Shown here piece after piece: positions 1 to 9,255 of a stretch of DNA of 64,000 bases. Positions within the stretch are counted from its first letter, which is position 1. Every line of letters starts with the position of its first letter. The stretch comes from Promethearchaeota archaeon (lineage in GTDB: Archaea > Asgardarchaeota > Lokiarchaeia > Sigyniarchaeales > SOKP01). The position numbers and the translations under genes were made by a program. Location: assembly GCA_019058365.1 (NCBI GenBank), contig JAHPZE010000004.1, positions 230,469 through 294,468 on the forward strand, read 5' to 3'. Below the pieces are notes generated by a model that was not told the DNA's origin, made no database searches, and saw only the letters and a program-made list of their open reading frames with translations.

Positions 1-930
1 TTCAAGTGAGTTTTGTCTAAACTTCATATTTTCAACCTCATCAATGTTGTTAATAAGCCCTTGTTGTAAAAGTTTCACAAGGTTTTTTAAGCCACCTTGA
101 AAAGAAATTATTAATGTTTTTCTTTCCTTATGGCTAATTTCACTCGAATTAGCAACAAATGATATATTTTCTATCTTATTTTTTACTAATTCAAGGTCTT
201 CCTGTTTAAGGAAAGATATTTCCAATGCATTATCACTCCCATACTTCTCTTTTAATTCAGTAGGAGTTCCTTCAGCAATTATTTTTCCTTGGTCTATTAT
301 TGCAACTCGATCACTTAAAGCATCAGCCTCAACCATATCATGTGTCAATAGAATTATCGTAATATCTGTATTTTTCAAACTTCTAATAAAGTCCCATACA
401 AGACGGCGTGCTTGAGGGTCGAGACCCGCAGTAGGTTCATCAAGAAATAAAATTTCGGGTTCAAATATCAAAGCCATTACGAGATTTAAACGCCGTTGCA
501 TACCCCCTGAGAAATGTTTAGACCAGTCTTTTCTTCCTGCAATTCCAAATTCTTCCAGCAATTTTCTAGATTTCTCTTTCGCTTCTTTACGAGGCATTCC
601 ATGCATAATGGCCATAAACTCAACGTTTTCCTCTGCCCTTAAAACTTCATAAATTGTAATTTCCTGTGGACACACACCAATTTTCTTCACAATTTCATTT
701 TTTCCCGTTAGAATACTGTGCCCATTAATGTTAGCATCACCAGCAGTAGGAGTTAAAACAGTGGTCAACATTCGGACTAATGTGGTTTTTCCAGCACCAT
801 TAGGTCCAAGAATGCTAAATAATTCCCCTTTTTTAACTTTCAAGGACACTCCATCTACAGCTTTGACTTCTTTAAAACATTTTTTAAGATCTTTTATATC
901 AATTGCGATAGAATCTTTACTTACACTCAT
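1..930 (-). CDS. ABC transporter ATP-binding protein (DrrA-like), 3' end beyond the window edge
   Basis: Manual translation from ATG at 930: MSVSKDSIAIDIKDLKKCFKEVKAVDGVS...GPNGAGKTT (Walker A)...FSGGMQRR (signature)...LFLDEPTAGLDP (Walker B)...LTHDM. Frame is open to position 1; absent from the ORF track because it is truncated. Confidence 0.93.
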   Translation of the reverse strand, partial: MSVSKDSIAIDIKDLKKCFKEVKAVDGVSLKVKKGELFSILGPNGAGKTTLVRMLTTVLTPTAGDANINGHSILTGKNEIVKKIGVCPQEITIYEVLRAEENVEFMAIMHGMPRKEAKEKSRKLLEEFGIAGRKDWSKHFSGGMQRRLNLVMALIFEPEILFLDEPTAGLDPQARRLVWDFIRSLKNTDITIILLTHDMVEADALSDRVAIIDQGKIIAEGTPTELKEKYGSDNALEISFLKQEDLELVKNKIENISFVANSSEISHKERKTLIISFQGGLKNLVKLLQQGLINNIDEVENMKFRQNSLE

Positions 931-1111
931 AATTTCATACACAAATTAATTTTTTGTTTTTAATGATATTATATCTACTTTTTTGGAAAAATAAAAACTA
1001 TTAAAAAGACTGGAGTCCAAATTTTGATAAATTTCATGTGAAGTTGAAAGATATAATACTTAATGAACTTATTCTCTGTGCTAACTATTAGTCAATAATC
1101 TTATAAACAAC

Positions 1112-2686
1112 TTGTTCTATTATTCTAATTACTTAATTTCAAAAAAATTAATACCATTTACAAAGATGATAAATACAATGCGAAAAGATTTAGATAAAGA
1201 TTTATCAGAGATCCTCAAAAAAGAAAGATTTCAAGGCAAAATGATAAACTACATTTCAAAGGGAGGGAAGTTCTTAGTTTTTACACTTCCGATTATACTT
1301 GTAATAATTACTATAGTCACTTTTTATATATTTCCAGTATTACCAGCAGTTACTTCATTTTTCGATCATCCAATAGAATACAAAGTGTTAGCGCTAACTT
1401 TTATTGTCGTTTTAATAATTTATTTTTTTAATTCCATTATGTTACTATTAGGAGCTACATCCACCGAAAGTTCTCTTAAATTACGATTAAAATTTGAAAG
1501 AAAAAGAGGTAGACCAATAGATAGTCTTGATGGGTTCGATTTACTCTCGAATAATGTAAAGCGAGTTACAAGTTTACTTAAAACTATTGCCCTTGTTTGC
1601 ATAGTATCATTAGTTTTATTCATAATAATGCTATTTATGAGTGAATTTAATTTAGGATTTGCAGCCGCAGGTTTTTCCTTAGTGGGTTTTGGTCTAGCAT
1701 TATTAATTCGGAGTTTAAATCTTAATATTCATGATGTTAATGGTCTTCAAGACTTTTACAAACCAACGACCCATGAAATCTTCCTAGATAACTTCTTTGC
1801 AGAGATTTTATCAAATCATTTAGACCCAGTCACCTATCTTAAATGGGACGAGTATTTAGCAGGAATAAATAAAATATTAATACCTACATTCGTACAAAAA
1901 ATTAGAGAAACCGAACCAGATGAGCTTCCTATAACTTTTGCCATTGAGAAAATCTTATTTTTGTATTATCTAAAGTTCCAAGAAGTCGTAACGGAAGAAC
2001 AATTTATACAAGAACTAAAAGAAGTCATTAACGTAGATTCGGATAGTTTTGACATTGAGGAAGGATTACTGATAGAGGGTTCCTGGTATTTCTCTACTAA
2101 TGATGTATTTAAATTATTTAATTATATCAAAAAATTTAATCCTGGATTTTTCGATATCATTGATAGATTACAATTAGAATTAGCAGATAATATTGAACGT
2201 ATTTCTAAAGATCCGATATACATGGATTCTTCCGCTCAAGAAGTTGTTTATCTAAACACTGAACTAAATATTATAATTTTCCTCTATAATAACTCTCCGG
2301 AAGCTAAAAAATATATTATTAAGATTAATGCACCTGGGTTTGAGCCAAATAAATTAAAACTTGAAGTTGAAGTTGAAGGGAGAGGCACTTTTTTAATTCC
2401 CAATAGGCAGATCCCATTGATTTCTTCTGAGGGGAAAGATATTGCGGGTGTATTATCAACAATATTAGAAAATGGAGATACTATATGGCTAACCTTAGAA
2501 CCTAGAGAAACTGGTGAACAAACTGTACAGATCTTTTTACTATCATCTGACGGAACAATAATAGAGGGAAAGACACGAGCTGTGAAAGTATCTAAGAATA
2601 TAAAAGATTACATAAAGAAGCTAAGTTCGATTGGGTCTCTACTTGGCGGTTTAGCAGTTCCATTATCAAAAATCTTACTATCATAA
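1112..2686 (+). CDS. Hypothetical membrane protein (about 4 N-terminal TM helices, large soluble C-terminal region)
   Basis: 524-aa ORF with clear hydrophobic segments. The true start is probably a downstream ATG near 1166-1178. Confidence 0.75.
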   Translation: MFYYSNYLISKKLIPFTKMINTMRKDLDKDLSEILKKERFQGKMINYISKGGKFLVFTLPIILVIITIVTFYIFPVLPAVTSFFDHPIEYKVLALTFIVVLIIYFFNSIMLLLGATSTESSLKLRLKFERKRGRPIDSLDGFDLLSNNVKRVTSLLKTIALVCIVSLVLFIIMLFMSEFNLGFAAAGFSLVGFGLALLIRSLNLNIHDVNGLQDFYKPTTHEIFLDNFFAEILSNHLDPVTYLKWDEYLAGINKILIPTFVQKIRETEPDELPITFAIEKILFLYYLKFQEVVTEEQFIQELKEVINVDSDSFDIEEGLLIEGSWYFSTNDVFKLFNYIKKFNPGFFDIIDRLQLELADNIERISKDPIYMDSSAQEVVYLNTELNIIIFLYNNSPEAKKYIIKINAPGFEPNKLKLEVEVEGRGTFLIPNRQIPLISSEGKDIAGVLSTILENGDTIWLTLEPRETGEQTVQIFLLSSDGTIIEGKTRAVKVSKNIKDYIKKLSSIGSLLGGLAVPLSKILLS

Positions 2687-2852
2687 AGAATAGTATAATT
2701 AGATCCTTATTCATAATCTTTTTTTATTTTTTCTTGTAGTAATTAAAAGGGTACTATTAAATTATTTTAAACTTATATGAGAATGCTTAAAAACGACATT
2801 TTAACACATAAATTTAAATATTATAAGTTGACTATTTAAGTGTTTTAAAAAG

Positions 2853-2986
2853 GAATTTGGATTATGTGATGCTATTCAAAGGGTGTGGAAGATAGGTAAA
2901 CCAGAAAATTTTCCCACAGCCTTTTATCAAGATGATAGCATTCTAGTTGGACTGAAAATTATGTTTACAAATTACCTTCAGGCAAA
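2853..2986 (+). pseudogene. Frameshifted PAS-domain remnant upstream of the histidine kinase
   Basis: 2853-2942 reads EFGLCDAIQRVWKIGKPENFPTAFYQDDSI. After a 1-nt slip near 2943 it continues SWTENYVYKLPSGK in frame with the kinase ORF. Confidence 0.65.
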
Positions 2987-4714
2987 GTGATTGCGATTTT
3001 TAAAGAAAAATCAGAGTATATGGAAGCAGAAGAAAATTATAAAAAAAGAATAGAATTTGAAAAAACAATCGCTACCATCTCATCTCGATTTGTTAATCCT
3101 GTTGATATAAATAAAGCTATTGATTTATTTCTTAAAGATATTGGAAGATTTAGCCAAGTAAGTCGAAGTTATGTATTTATCTTTAATGATGACTGTAGAA
3201 CAATGAGCAACACCCATGAATGGTGTGCTGAGAATGTTTTGTCACAAATTAAAGAACTCAAAGACATTCCAATGGATGCATTTCCTTGGTTAATAAATAG
3301 ACTAAAGAAAGGTGAGATTTTAAACATTGAAAATGTTGAGGATCTACCTACTGAAGCATCAGCAGAAAAAAAAGAGTTCTTAAGAGAAAATATAAAATCT
3401 TTAATTCTCTTACCGTTAAAAGTAGGAGAGGACATAGCGGGATTCATTGGATTTGATAATGTAAGAGCATCAGAGAAATGGAGTAAAGATAATTTAAACC
3501 TTCTAAATATATCTTCTGATATTATAGGAAATACTTTAAAGCGTATAAAAACAGAACAAGAATTAGAAGAACTAAATCAGGAGTTAAAAAATATTGTTGA
3601 AGAAAGAACTAGAAAACTACAAGAAAGTGAAAATGAAAAAACTGCTATCTTAGAAAGCCTTCTAGAGCATATAATCTATCAAACTATAGATAATACAATA
3701 ATATATGCTAACAAAGCTGCTGCTGATTCTGTAAATTTCACGCCAGAACAATTGATTGGACGTAAATGTTATCAAGTCTGGAATAATCGAGAAGAACCAT
3801 GCGATGGGTGCCCAATATTACTATCATTAAAAATTAATAAACCAGCAAATAATGAAATAACTACTCCAGATGGGAGAATTTGGTATGTAGCAGGTTATCC
3901 TGTCAGAGATAAAGATAACAATATCATAGGTGTCGTTGAAGCTACTCTAAATATCACCGAGAAAAAAACTGCTGAGCAAAAGTTAAAAAAATCTGAGGAG
4001 AAATATCGAAAAGCCTATTATCAAGCTAATCTCTATAGAGACATTTTTGCTCACGATATCAACAATATCCTTCAGAATATTAGTTCCTCAGTTGAACTTA
4101 GCTCTCTGTATCTCAATGATCCTGAAAAGCTCCATACAATAAAGGAGTTATTTAATATAGTAGATGAACAAGTTAACAGAGCAAAAAAGTTAATATCAAA
4201 TGTAAGAAAAATAACTGAACTCGACAAATCTGAAATAATTTTAGAAAAAATGGATGTGAATCAAGTATTGAATAATGCTATTGAATTTTTACAATCTAGT
4301 TTTCAAACAAGAAATATTAATATTCAACTCAATACTCACTCTAAAAGAAATTATGTACATGCAAATAATCTTTTATTAGATATATTTGAAAACCTTTTGA
4401 TCAACGCTGTCAGATATAATAATAAATCCAATATCGAGATAACTATTGATATTAATAAAGAACAAAAAGGAGATGAAAATTATATTAAAATGGAATTTAA
4501 AGATAATGGATTAGGTATTTCTGATCATCGTAAAAAAACTATTTTTAAAAGAGGAACGCAAAAATCACAAAAAAGTACAGGAATGGGGCTTGGATTATCT
4601 CTTGTTAAAAAAATATTAGACATTTATCATGGTGACATTAGGGTGGAGGATAAAGTCAAAGGTGACTATAAACAGGGAAGCAATTTTGTAGTTTTAATAC
4701 CGACTAATTCTTAA
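2987..4714 (+). CDS. GAF-PAS sensor histidine kinase
   Basis: GAF (SNTHEWCAE...GFIGFD), PAS (YANKAA...GRKCY...PCDGCP), H-box FAHDINN, N-box ENLLINAVRY, G1 DNGLG, G2 GMGLGL. Confidence 0.93.
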   Translation: MIAIFKEKSEYMEAEENYKKRIEFEKTIATISSRFVNPVDINKAIDLFLKDIGRFSQVSRSYVFIFNDDCRTMSNTHEWCAENVLSQIKELKDIPMDAFPWLINRLKKGEILNIENVEDLPTEASAEKKEFLRENIKSLILLPLKVGEDIAGFIGFDNVRASEKWSKDNLNLLNISSDIIGNTLKRIKTEQELEELNQELKNIVEERTRKLQESENEKTAILESLLEHIIYQTIDNTIIYANKAAADSVNFTPEQLIGRKCYQVWNNREEPCDGCPILLSLKINKPANNEITTPDGRIWYVAGYPVRDKDNNIIGVVEATLNITEKKTAEQKLKKSEEKYRKAYYQANLYRDIFAHDINNILQNISSSVELSSLYLNDPEKLHTIKELFNIVDEQVNRAKKLISNVRKITELDKSEIILEKMDVNQVLNNAIEFLQSSFQTRNINIQLNTHSKRNYVHANNLLLDIFENLLINAVRYNNKSNIEITIDINKEQKGDENYIKMEFKDNGLGISDHRKKTIFKRGTQKSQKSTGMGLGLSLVKKILDIYHGDIRVEDKVKGDYKQGSNFVVLIPTNS

Positions 4715-4832
4715 TTTTCAAAAAAAATTATCTCCTTATTGATATTCAAAATTTATCTGTATCAATTTTATTAATACTATCCTTTAATTTATTACTATAA
4801 ACTTTAAAAGCGATATAGATAAAAATGAAATT

Positions 4833-6356
4833 ATGAAAACATATGACTTAGTAGTTATTGGAAGCGGAGTAGGATTAAGTGTTTTGAATGTCGGACTTCA
4901 ATTAGGAATGAATTGTGCTCTTGTAGAAAATACTAAAATAGGGGGCACCTGTTTAACACGAGGTTGTATCCCTTCGAAAGTATTGGTCTATCCGGCTGAT
5001 TTAATCCGAGAAACTCAGCATGCCAAAAAAGTTGGAATTAAGTTCAATGTAGAAAATATTGATTGGGATTTAATGGCAAAAAGAATGTGGTCTCAAATCG
5101 ATGAAAGTAAAATGATTGACCAAGGATTATCAACTGTGCCGAATTTGAAAGTGTATAAGGGAGTTGGAGAATTTGTTGGAGAATATGAGATGAAAGTGAA
5201 TGATACTAAGAAAAGTAAAGAGTTAGGACATTTCAAAGCTGAACGATTTGTAATTGCTTCAGGGGCGAGATCTTTTATACCACCAATTCAGGGAATAGAA
5301 GATATGAACTATATAACCAATGAAAACTTTTTTGGTGATAGATTTCCAAAAAAGCCATGGAAAAGTCTCATTATTATTGGTGGTGGAGTTATAGCAGCAG
5401 AATTTGCACATATTTTCTCTGCAATGGGTACTGAGGTGATTATTGTGGAGATGCTTCCTCGATTAACTGTAACAGAAGAACCTGAGATTAGCGAACTATT
5501 GGAGAAAAGTTTCAACAATCATATGAAAGTTTTGTTAAATGAAAAGGCAATAAAAGCATATATGAACAAAAATCAAAAAGTAATTTTAGTAAAAAATATG
5601 AAGACTGGCGTAGAAAAGGAAATAATAGCAGAGGAAATTCTTATTGCAGCAGGACGACGTTCAAATGCAGACTTATTAAAGGTAGAAAACACTGGGCTTG
5701 TAACGGATGAGAGGGGTTGGATAAAAACTAATGAATACTTAGAAACCAATAAGAATAATATTTGGTGTATAGGAGATGCAAACGGTCTTTATCAATTTAG
5801 ACATAAGGCAAATTATGAAGCAGAAATCTGCACAAATAATATATTTGGTCCAGAAGATCAAAAACGATCTGTCGATTATTCTGCAGTTCCATGGGCTATC
5901 TTTACATATCCTCAAATAGGACATGTTGGAATGACACAAGCAGAAGCTATTGAAAAAGGTTATGAGATTTATGTTGCTATGAAAAATTATTCAACCATAG
6001 CAAAAGGTTATGCAATGGGTTTTGAAAGTAATCAAGAGGATGATGGCTTTGTAAAATTAATTGTTGATAAATCTTATAAAATATTAGGAGCTCATGTAGT
6101 AGGCCCTCATGCGGCTCTTTTAGTGCAACCATTTGTATATCTAATGAATTCAGGATTTACTTGTACACTACCAGAATATAGGGACGAAAAAAGCCTACCT
6201 AAAGTAGAAAAAGCTTGTCCTGAAGCAGGATCCTTTATACCTATATATCGTTCAATGGTTATACACCCTTCTCTTAATGAAGTAACAGGGTGGGCAATTG
6301 GCAATTTGAAACCGGTTAATATTAAAATGGAACATCATGAACATCATCATACTTAA
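4833..6356 (+). CDS. Pyridine nucleotide-disulfide oxidoreductase (dihydrolipoamide dehydrogenase/mycothione reductase-like)
   Basis: VVIGSG FAD motif, redox GGTCLTRGCIPSK, IIGGGVIAAE NAD(P) motif, GDANG, C-terminal HPSLNE. Confidence 0.9.
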   Translation: MKTYDLVVIGSGVGLSVLNVGLQLGMNCALVENTKIGGTCLTRGCIPSKVLVYPADLIRETQHAKKVGIKFNVENIDWDLMAKRMWSQIDESKMIDQGLSTVPNLKVYKGVGEFVGEYEMKVNDTKKSKELGHFKAERFVIASGARSFIPPIQGIEDMNYITNENFFGDRFPKKPWKSLIIIGGGVIAAEFAHIFSAMGTEVIIVEMLPRLTVTEEPEISELLEKSFNNHMKVLLNEKAIKAYMNKNQKVILVKNMKTGVEKEIIAEEILIAAGRRSNADLLKVENTGLVTDERGWIKTNEYLETNKNNIWCIGDANGLYQFRHKANYEAEICTNNIFGPEDQKRSVDYSAVPWAIFTYPQIGHVGMTQAEAIEKGYEIYVAMKNYSTIAKGYAMGFESNQEDDGFVKLIVDKSYKILGAHVVGPHAALLVQPFVYLMNSGFTCTLPEYRDEKSLPKVEKACPEAGSFIPIYRSMVIHPSLNEVTGWAIGNLKPVNIKMEHHEHHHT

Positions 6357-6486
6357 AGAATTAATAGTAAGATGTTTTCTTTTTTAATTTACTCGGTTTT
6401 TTTAAGTTTTTGCTAAAACATGGCTTACTAATTTTGATTGATTTAACCATCAATTATATAGATTCTTAATCTAATATTAAGATCAG

Positions 6487-8442
6487 ATGGTATTAAAAAA
6501 CATTAATTCTAAAAGAGATAATAGAATTGGACAAATCTTTACTCCAAGTTATATTGCTGAATTTATGGTTAGAAACATAATTTCATTCATCATGAAATCA
6601 AGAAAAGACCCTTCTAATTTAAGAATCCTAGAGCCCTCTGTAGGAGAAGGGATTTTTCTGAAATATCTCTTAAAATATCACTTTTCTGATATAACTGCTT
6701 ATGAAAGGGATGATGATTTGAAAGACGTCCTTGTGAAATCTTATCCTAATATAGACGTTAAATTTGACAATTTTTTAAGCTCAAATCCAAATGAAAAATT
6801 TGATATCATAATTGGAAACCCTCCATATTTGGGGCAAAATTATAATGCTGAAATATTTCAAGAATATGTAATGAAATATCCTTTTTGTGCGAAATTTTTT
6901 GTAGGGAATATGGATTTATTTTACTTTTTCATTCATTTAGGAATAGAAAAATTAAAACCGGGTGGAATTCTTTCGTTTATCACCACTAATTATTGGATTA
7001 CAAAATCTAAGAAAACTGGTATAAAATTATTAAAACCACATGTGTTAAAAGAATGTTTTTTGCTTCAATTTATAGATTTATCTCAATTACACTTATTTGA
7101 AAGTGCTAAAGGTCAACAAAACTGTATTTTTGTATTACAAAAAAAGACTGAGCAAGAGAAAATTCAAATGAAAAATAAAAATATTGAAGTAATTCAAATT
7201 ATTAAAAATAAAGAAATCGATCAAAATTCTAAATCATTAAATGAAGTAGTTTTCAAAGATTTAAGCTCTGGAAATGTTTTAAGCAATGTTAAGAGATTCA
7301 CCTCAGCAATTACTAATAACGATTTAAGAAAAGATGAAAGTTGGAATCTCATCTACCCTAATGAAGTAAAATATGTAGTAGACAAAATTGAAAGCTATTG
7401 CAAAGTAAATAGAAAAAACTCATTTTTAAAAGATTATTTCTTAATACGAAATGGGTTAATTCTCATAAAAGATTCTATTTTCATATTATATGAAGGTAAA
7501 AATTTAAGAATTGAGAATAATGATTTCTTTATTCGTATAAATAGAGATTTTTTAAAACTCTCTAAAGTTGAGAAATCAAGATTAAAAAAAATATATAAAA
7601 GCAAATCAATTAAAGCATATGGCTATGAGGAAGATGACTATATAGGATATGTGATTTATTTTAATAAAAATGAATTTAAATCACAATCTACTCTTGAAAG
7701 AAACCAACTAATTAATTTGAAATACCCTCTTCTTTCAAAATATATTCAACAATATGAAAAAGAATTAAAAGATATTTTAATCAATGCCAAAGAAAACCCA
7801 GATGATTTTTATTTTCCTAGAAGAGGTTCTTTTATCCGCCTATTTGAAAGAAATAATATAGAAAAATTAACAGATCTTGAACCTTTATATGATAACGGGG
7901 AGAAGATCTTTTTTAAATTTATTTCAAAAGAAAATAATTTTGGATATACAAACACCTCCTACTATGCCACTTCAGATACATACTTCCTATGGCAAAAATG
8001 CCCCGATGATGAGATTGACTATCTGTTTATCCTTGCCTATCTGAATTCCAGATTAATCACTTTCATTTTTCAAGCAAAAAATATTTCTGTAAAAAGAAGT
8101 AAAACTAAGCTTGAACAAGGATTACCTATACCTCATCTAAATAATTTTATAAATAAAGAGAGTAAAGCTATTATAGAATTAATTAAAACATTTTCTTATT
8201 ACTTAATTGGAATTACTTACGGCAAATCCAACAAAAATATTGAAAATCTTATTGAAAAAATACAAACTTCAAATTACTTTACATATACCAAAAATATCAA
8301 ATTAAAAGAAAAGGTAATTAGATTATTAAAAAAACATGATAGGGATAATATAAAAATCATATTAGATCAACTATTTTTTCAACTTTTTAATTTAGATGGA
8401 AAAATAATAAATAAATTATTAAAAGAATATTATAATCTTTAA
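6487..8442 (+). CDS. N6-adenine DNA methyltransferase (gamma class, Eco57I/TaqI-like), apparently orphan
   Basis: GQIFTP (motif X), LEPSVGEGIF (motif I), IIGNPPY (motif IV), C-terminal TRD-like LAYLNS region. Confidence 0.88.
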   Translation: MVLKNINSKRDNRIGQIFTPSYIAEFMVRNIISFIMKSRKDPSNLRILEPSVGEGIFLKYLLKYHFSDITAYERDDDLKDVLVKSYPNIDVKFDNFLSSNPNEKFDIIIGNPPYLGQNYNAEIFQEYVMKYPFCAKFFVGNMDLFYFFIHLGIEKLKPGGILSFITTNYWITKSKKTGIKLLKPHVLKECFLLQFIDLSQLHLFESAKGQQNCIFVLQKKTEQEKIQMKNKNIEVIQIIKNKEIDQNSKSLNEVVFKDLSSGNVLSNVKRFTSAITNNDLRKDESWNLIYPNEVKYVVDKIESYCKVNRKNSFLKDYFLIRNGLILIKDSIFILYEGKNLRIENNDFFIRINRDFLKLSKVEKSRLKKIYKSKSIKAYGYEEDDYIGYVIYFNKNEFKSQSTLERNQLINLKYPLLSKYIQQYEKELKDILINAKENPDDFYFPRRGSFIRLFERNNIEKLTDLEPLYDNGEKIFFKFISKENNFGYTNTSYYATSDTYFLWQKCPDDEIDYLFILAYLNSRLITFIFQAKNISVKRSKTKLEQGLPIPHLNNFINKESKAIIELIKTFSYYLIGITYGKSNKNIENLIEKIQTSNYFTYTKNIKLKEKVIRLLKKHDRDNIKIILDQLFFQLFNLDGKIINKLLKEYYNL

Positions 8443-8535
8443 TTAAACTTATTTCTCAGGCTTTACTGCTTTATTTTCCAAAATCGATAAGTTTTTATAG
8501 GTATTATAGTATATTTTAATTGTAAGAACTAAGTT

Positions 8536-8552
8536 GTCAATTATAAATTGAC
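8536..8552. promoter_or_regulatory. Candidate heat-shock repressor operator GTCAATT-ATA-AATTGAC
   Basis: Perfect 7-3-7 palindrome about 35 nt downstream of TATA-like TTTTATAG (8493-8500) and 23 nt before hsp20. Confidence 0.55.
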
Positions 8553-8575
8553 GTTTTTAAGAAATTTGGTGATAA

Positions 8576-9193
8576 ATGATTAAGGATGAATTTGATGACT
8601 TTATTGATGAAATTAAAAGATATTTTAAATTAGATTCAGATAAATTTGATGTGGATTTTTTATTTATTCCAGATTCAGAAAATAAATCAAAATTAAAACC
8701 CGATGATAAGAAAGTAAAAGGGATTAAGATATCATATCATTTTGAAACAGGTATGGAAAAACCTGAGATTCGAATTGAAGGAAATATCGATGAGAAGAAG
8801 ATTCAAGAGTATTTTGAAGGAATAGATATCTCGAAATATCCTAGCATTAAAAAGTTACTTGAATCAAGAAATATTGAAGAAATTGATGTCAGTGAGCTTT
8901 CTTTAGAATCAAGTGAATATGATAAGGATTTAAATATAATAGAACCACATACCGAAATTAATGATTACAATGAATATACTGAAATTGTTCTTGAAATTCC
9001 TGGAATAAATGAAGAGGAAATCATGATAGATATTTGCGACGAGGGAAATAAGTTAATCTTTAAAGCTGAAAATGAAAATAGAAAATATATAAAAAATGTT
9101 AATTTACCTTTAATAACTTCAACTAAAGACTATAATGTTGAAGTAAAAAATGGATTAGCTATTATTCTAATAAAGAAATCAGAGAGCTATTAA
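8576..9193 (+). CDS. hsp20: Small heat-shock protein (Hsp20/alpha-crystallin family)
   Basis: C-terminal EPHTEI...IVLEIPGINEEEI...RKYIKNVNLP...KNGLAII alpha-crystallin pattern; lies directly upstream of cdc48. Confidence 0.8.
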   Translation: MIKDEFDDFIDEIKRYFKLDSDKFDVDFLFIPDSENKSKLKPDDKKVKGIKISYHFETGMEKPEIRIEGNIDEKKIQEYFEGIDISKYPSIKKLLESRNIEEIDVSELSLESSEYDKDLNIIEPHTEINDYNEYTEIVLEIPGINEEEIMIDICDEGNKLIFKAENENRKYIKNVNLPLITSTKDYNVEVKNGLAIILIKKSESY

Positions 9194-9255
9194 CTATTAT
9201 ATAGAAAAATATAGAATGAAAAATTAAACAAAAATGAATATAAAGGGATAAAAAA

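Noticed and set aside
728-949. Short ORF-track entries antisense to or nested in real genes (for example 728-949, 1420-1623, 3169-3447, 9822-10046, 25352-25639, 46187-46738, 60584-60868, 63082-63383)
   Set aside because: They are shadows of well-supported genes and have no motifs or SD of their own.
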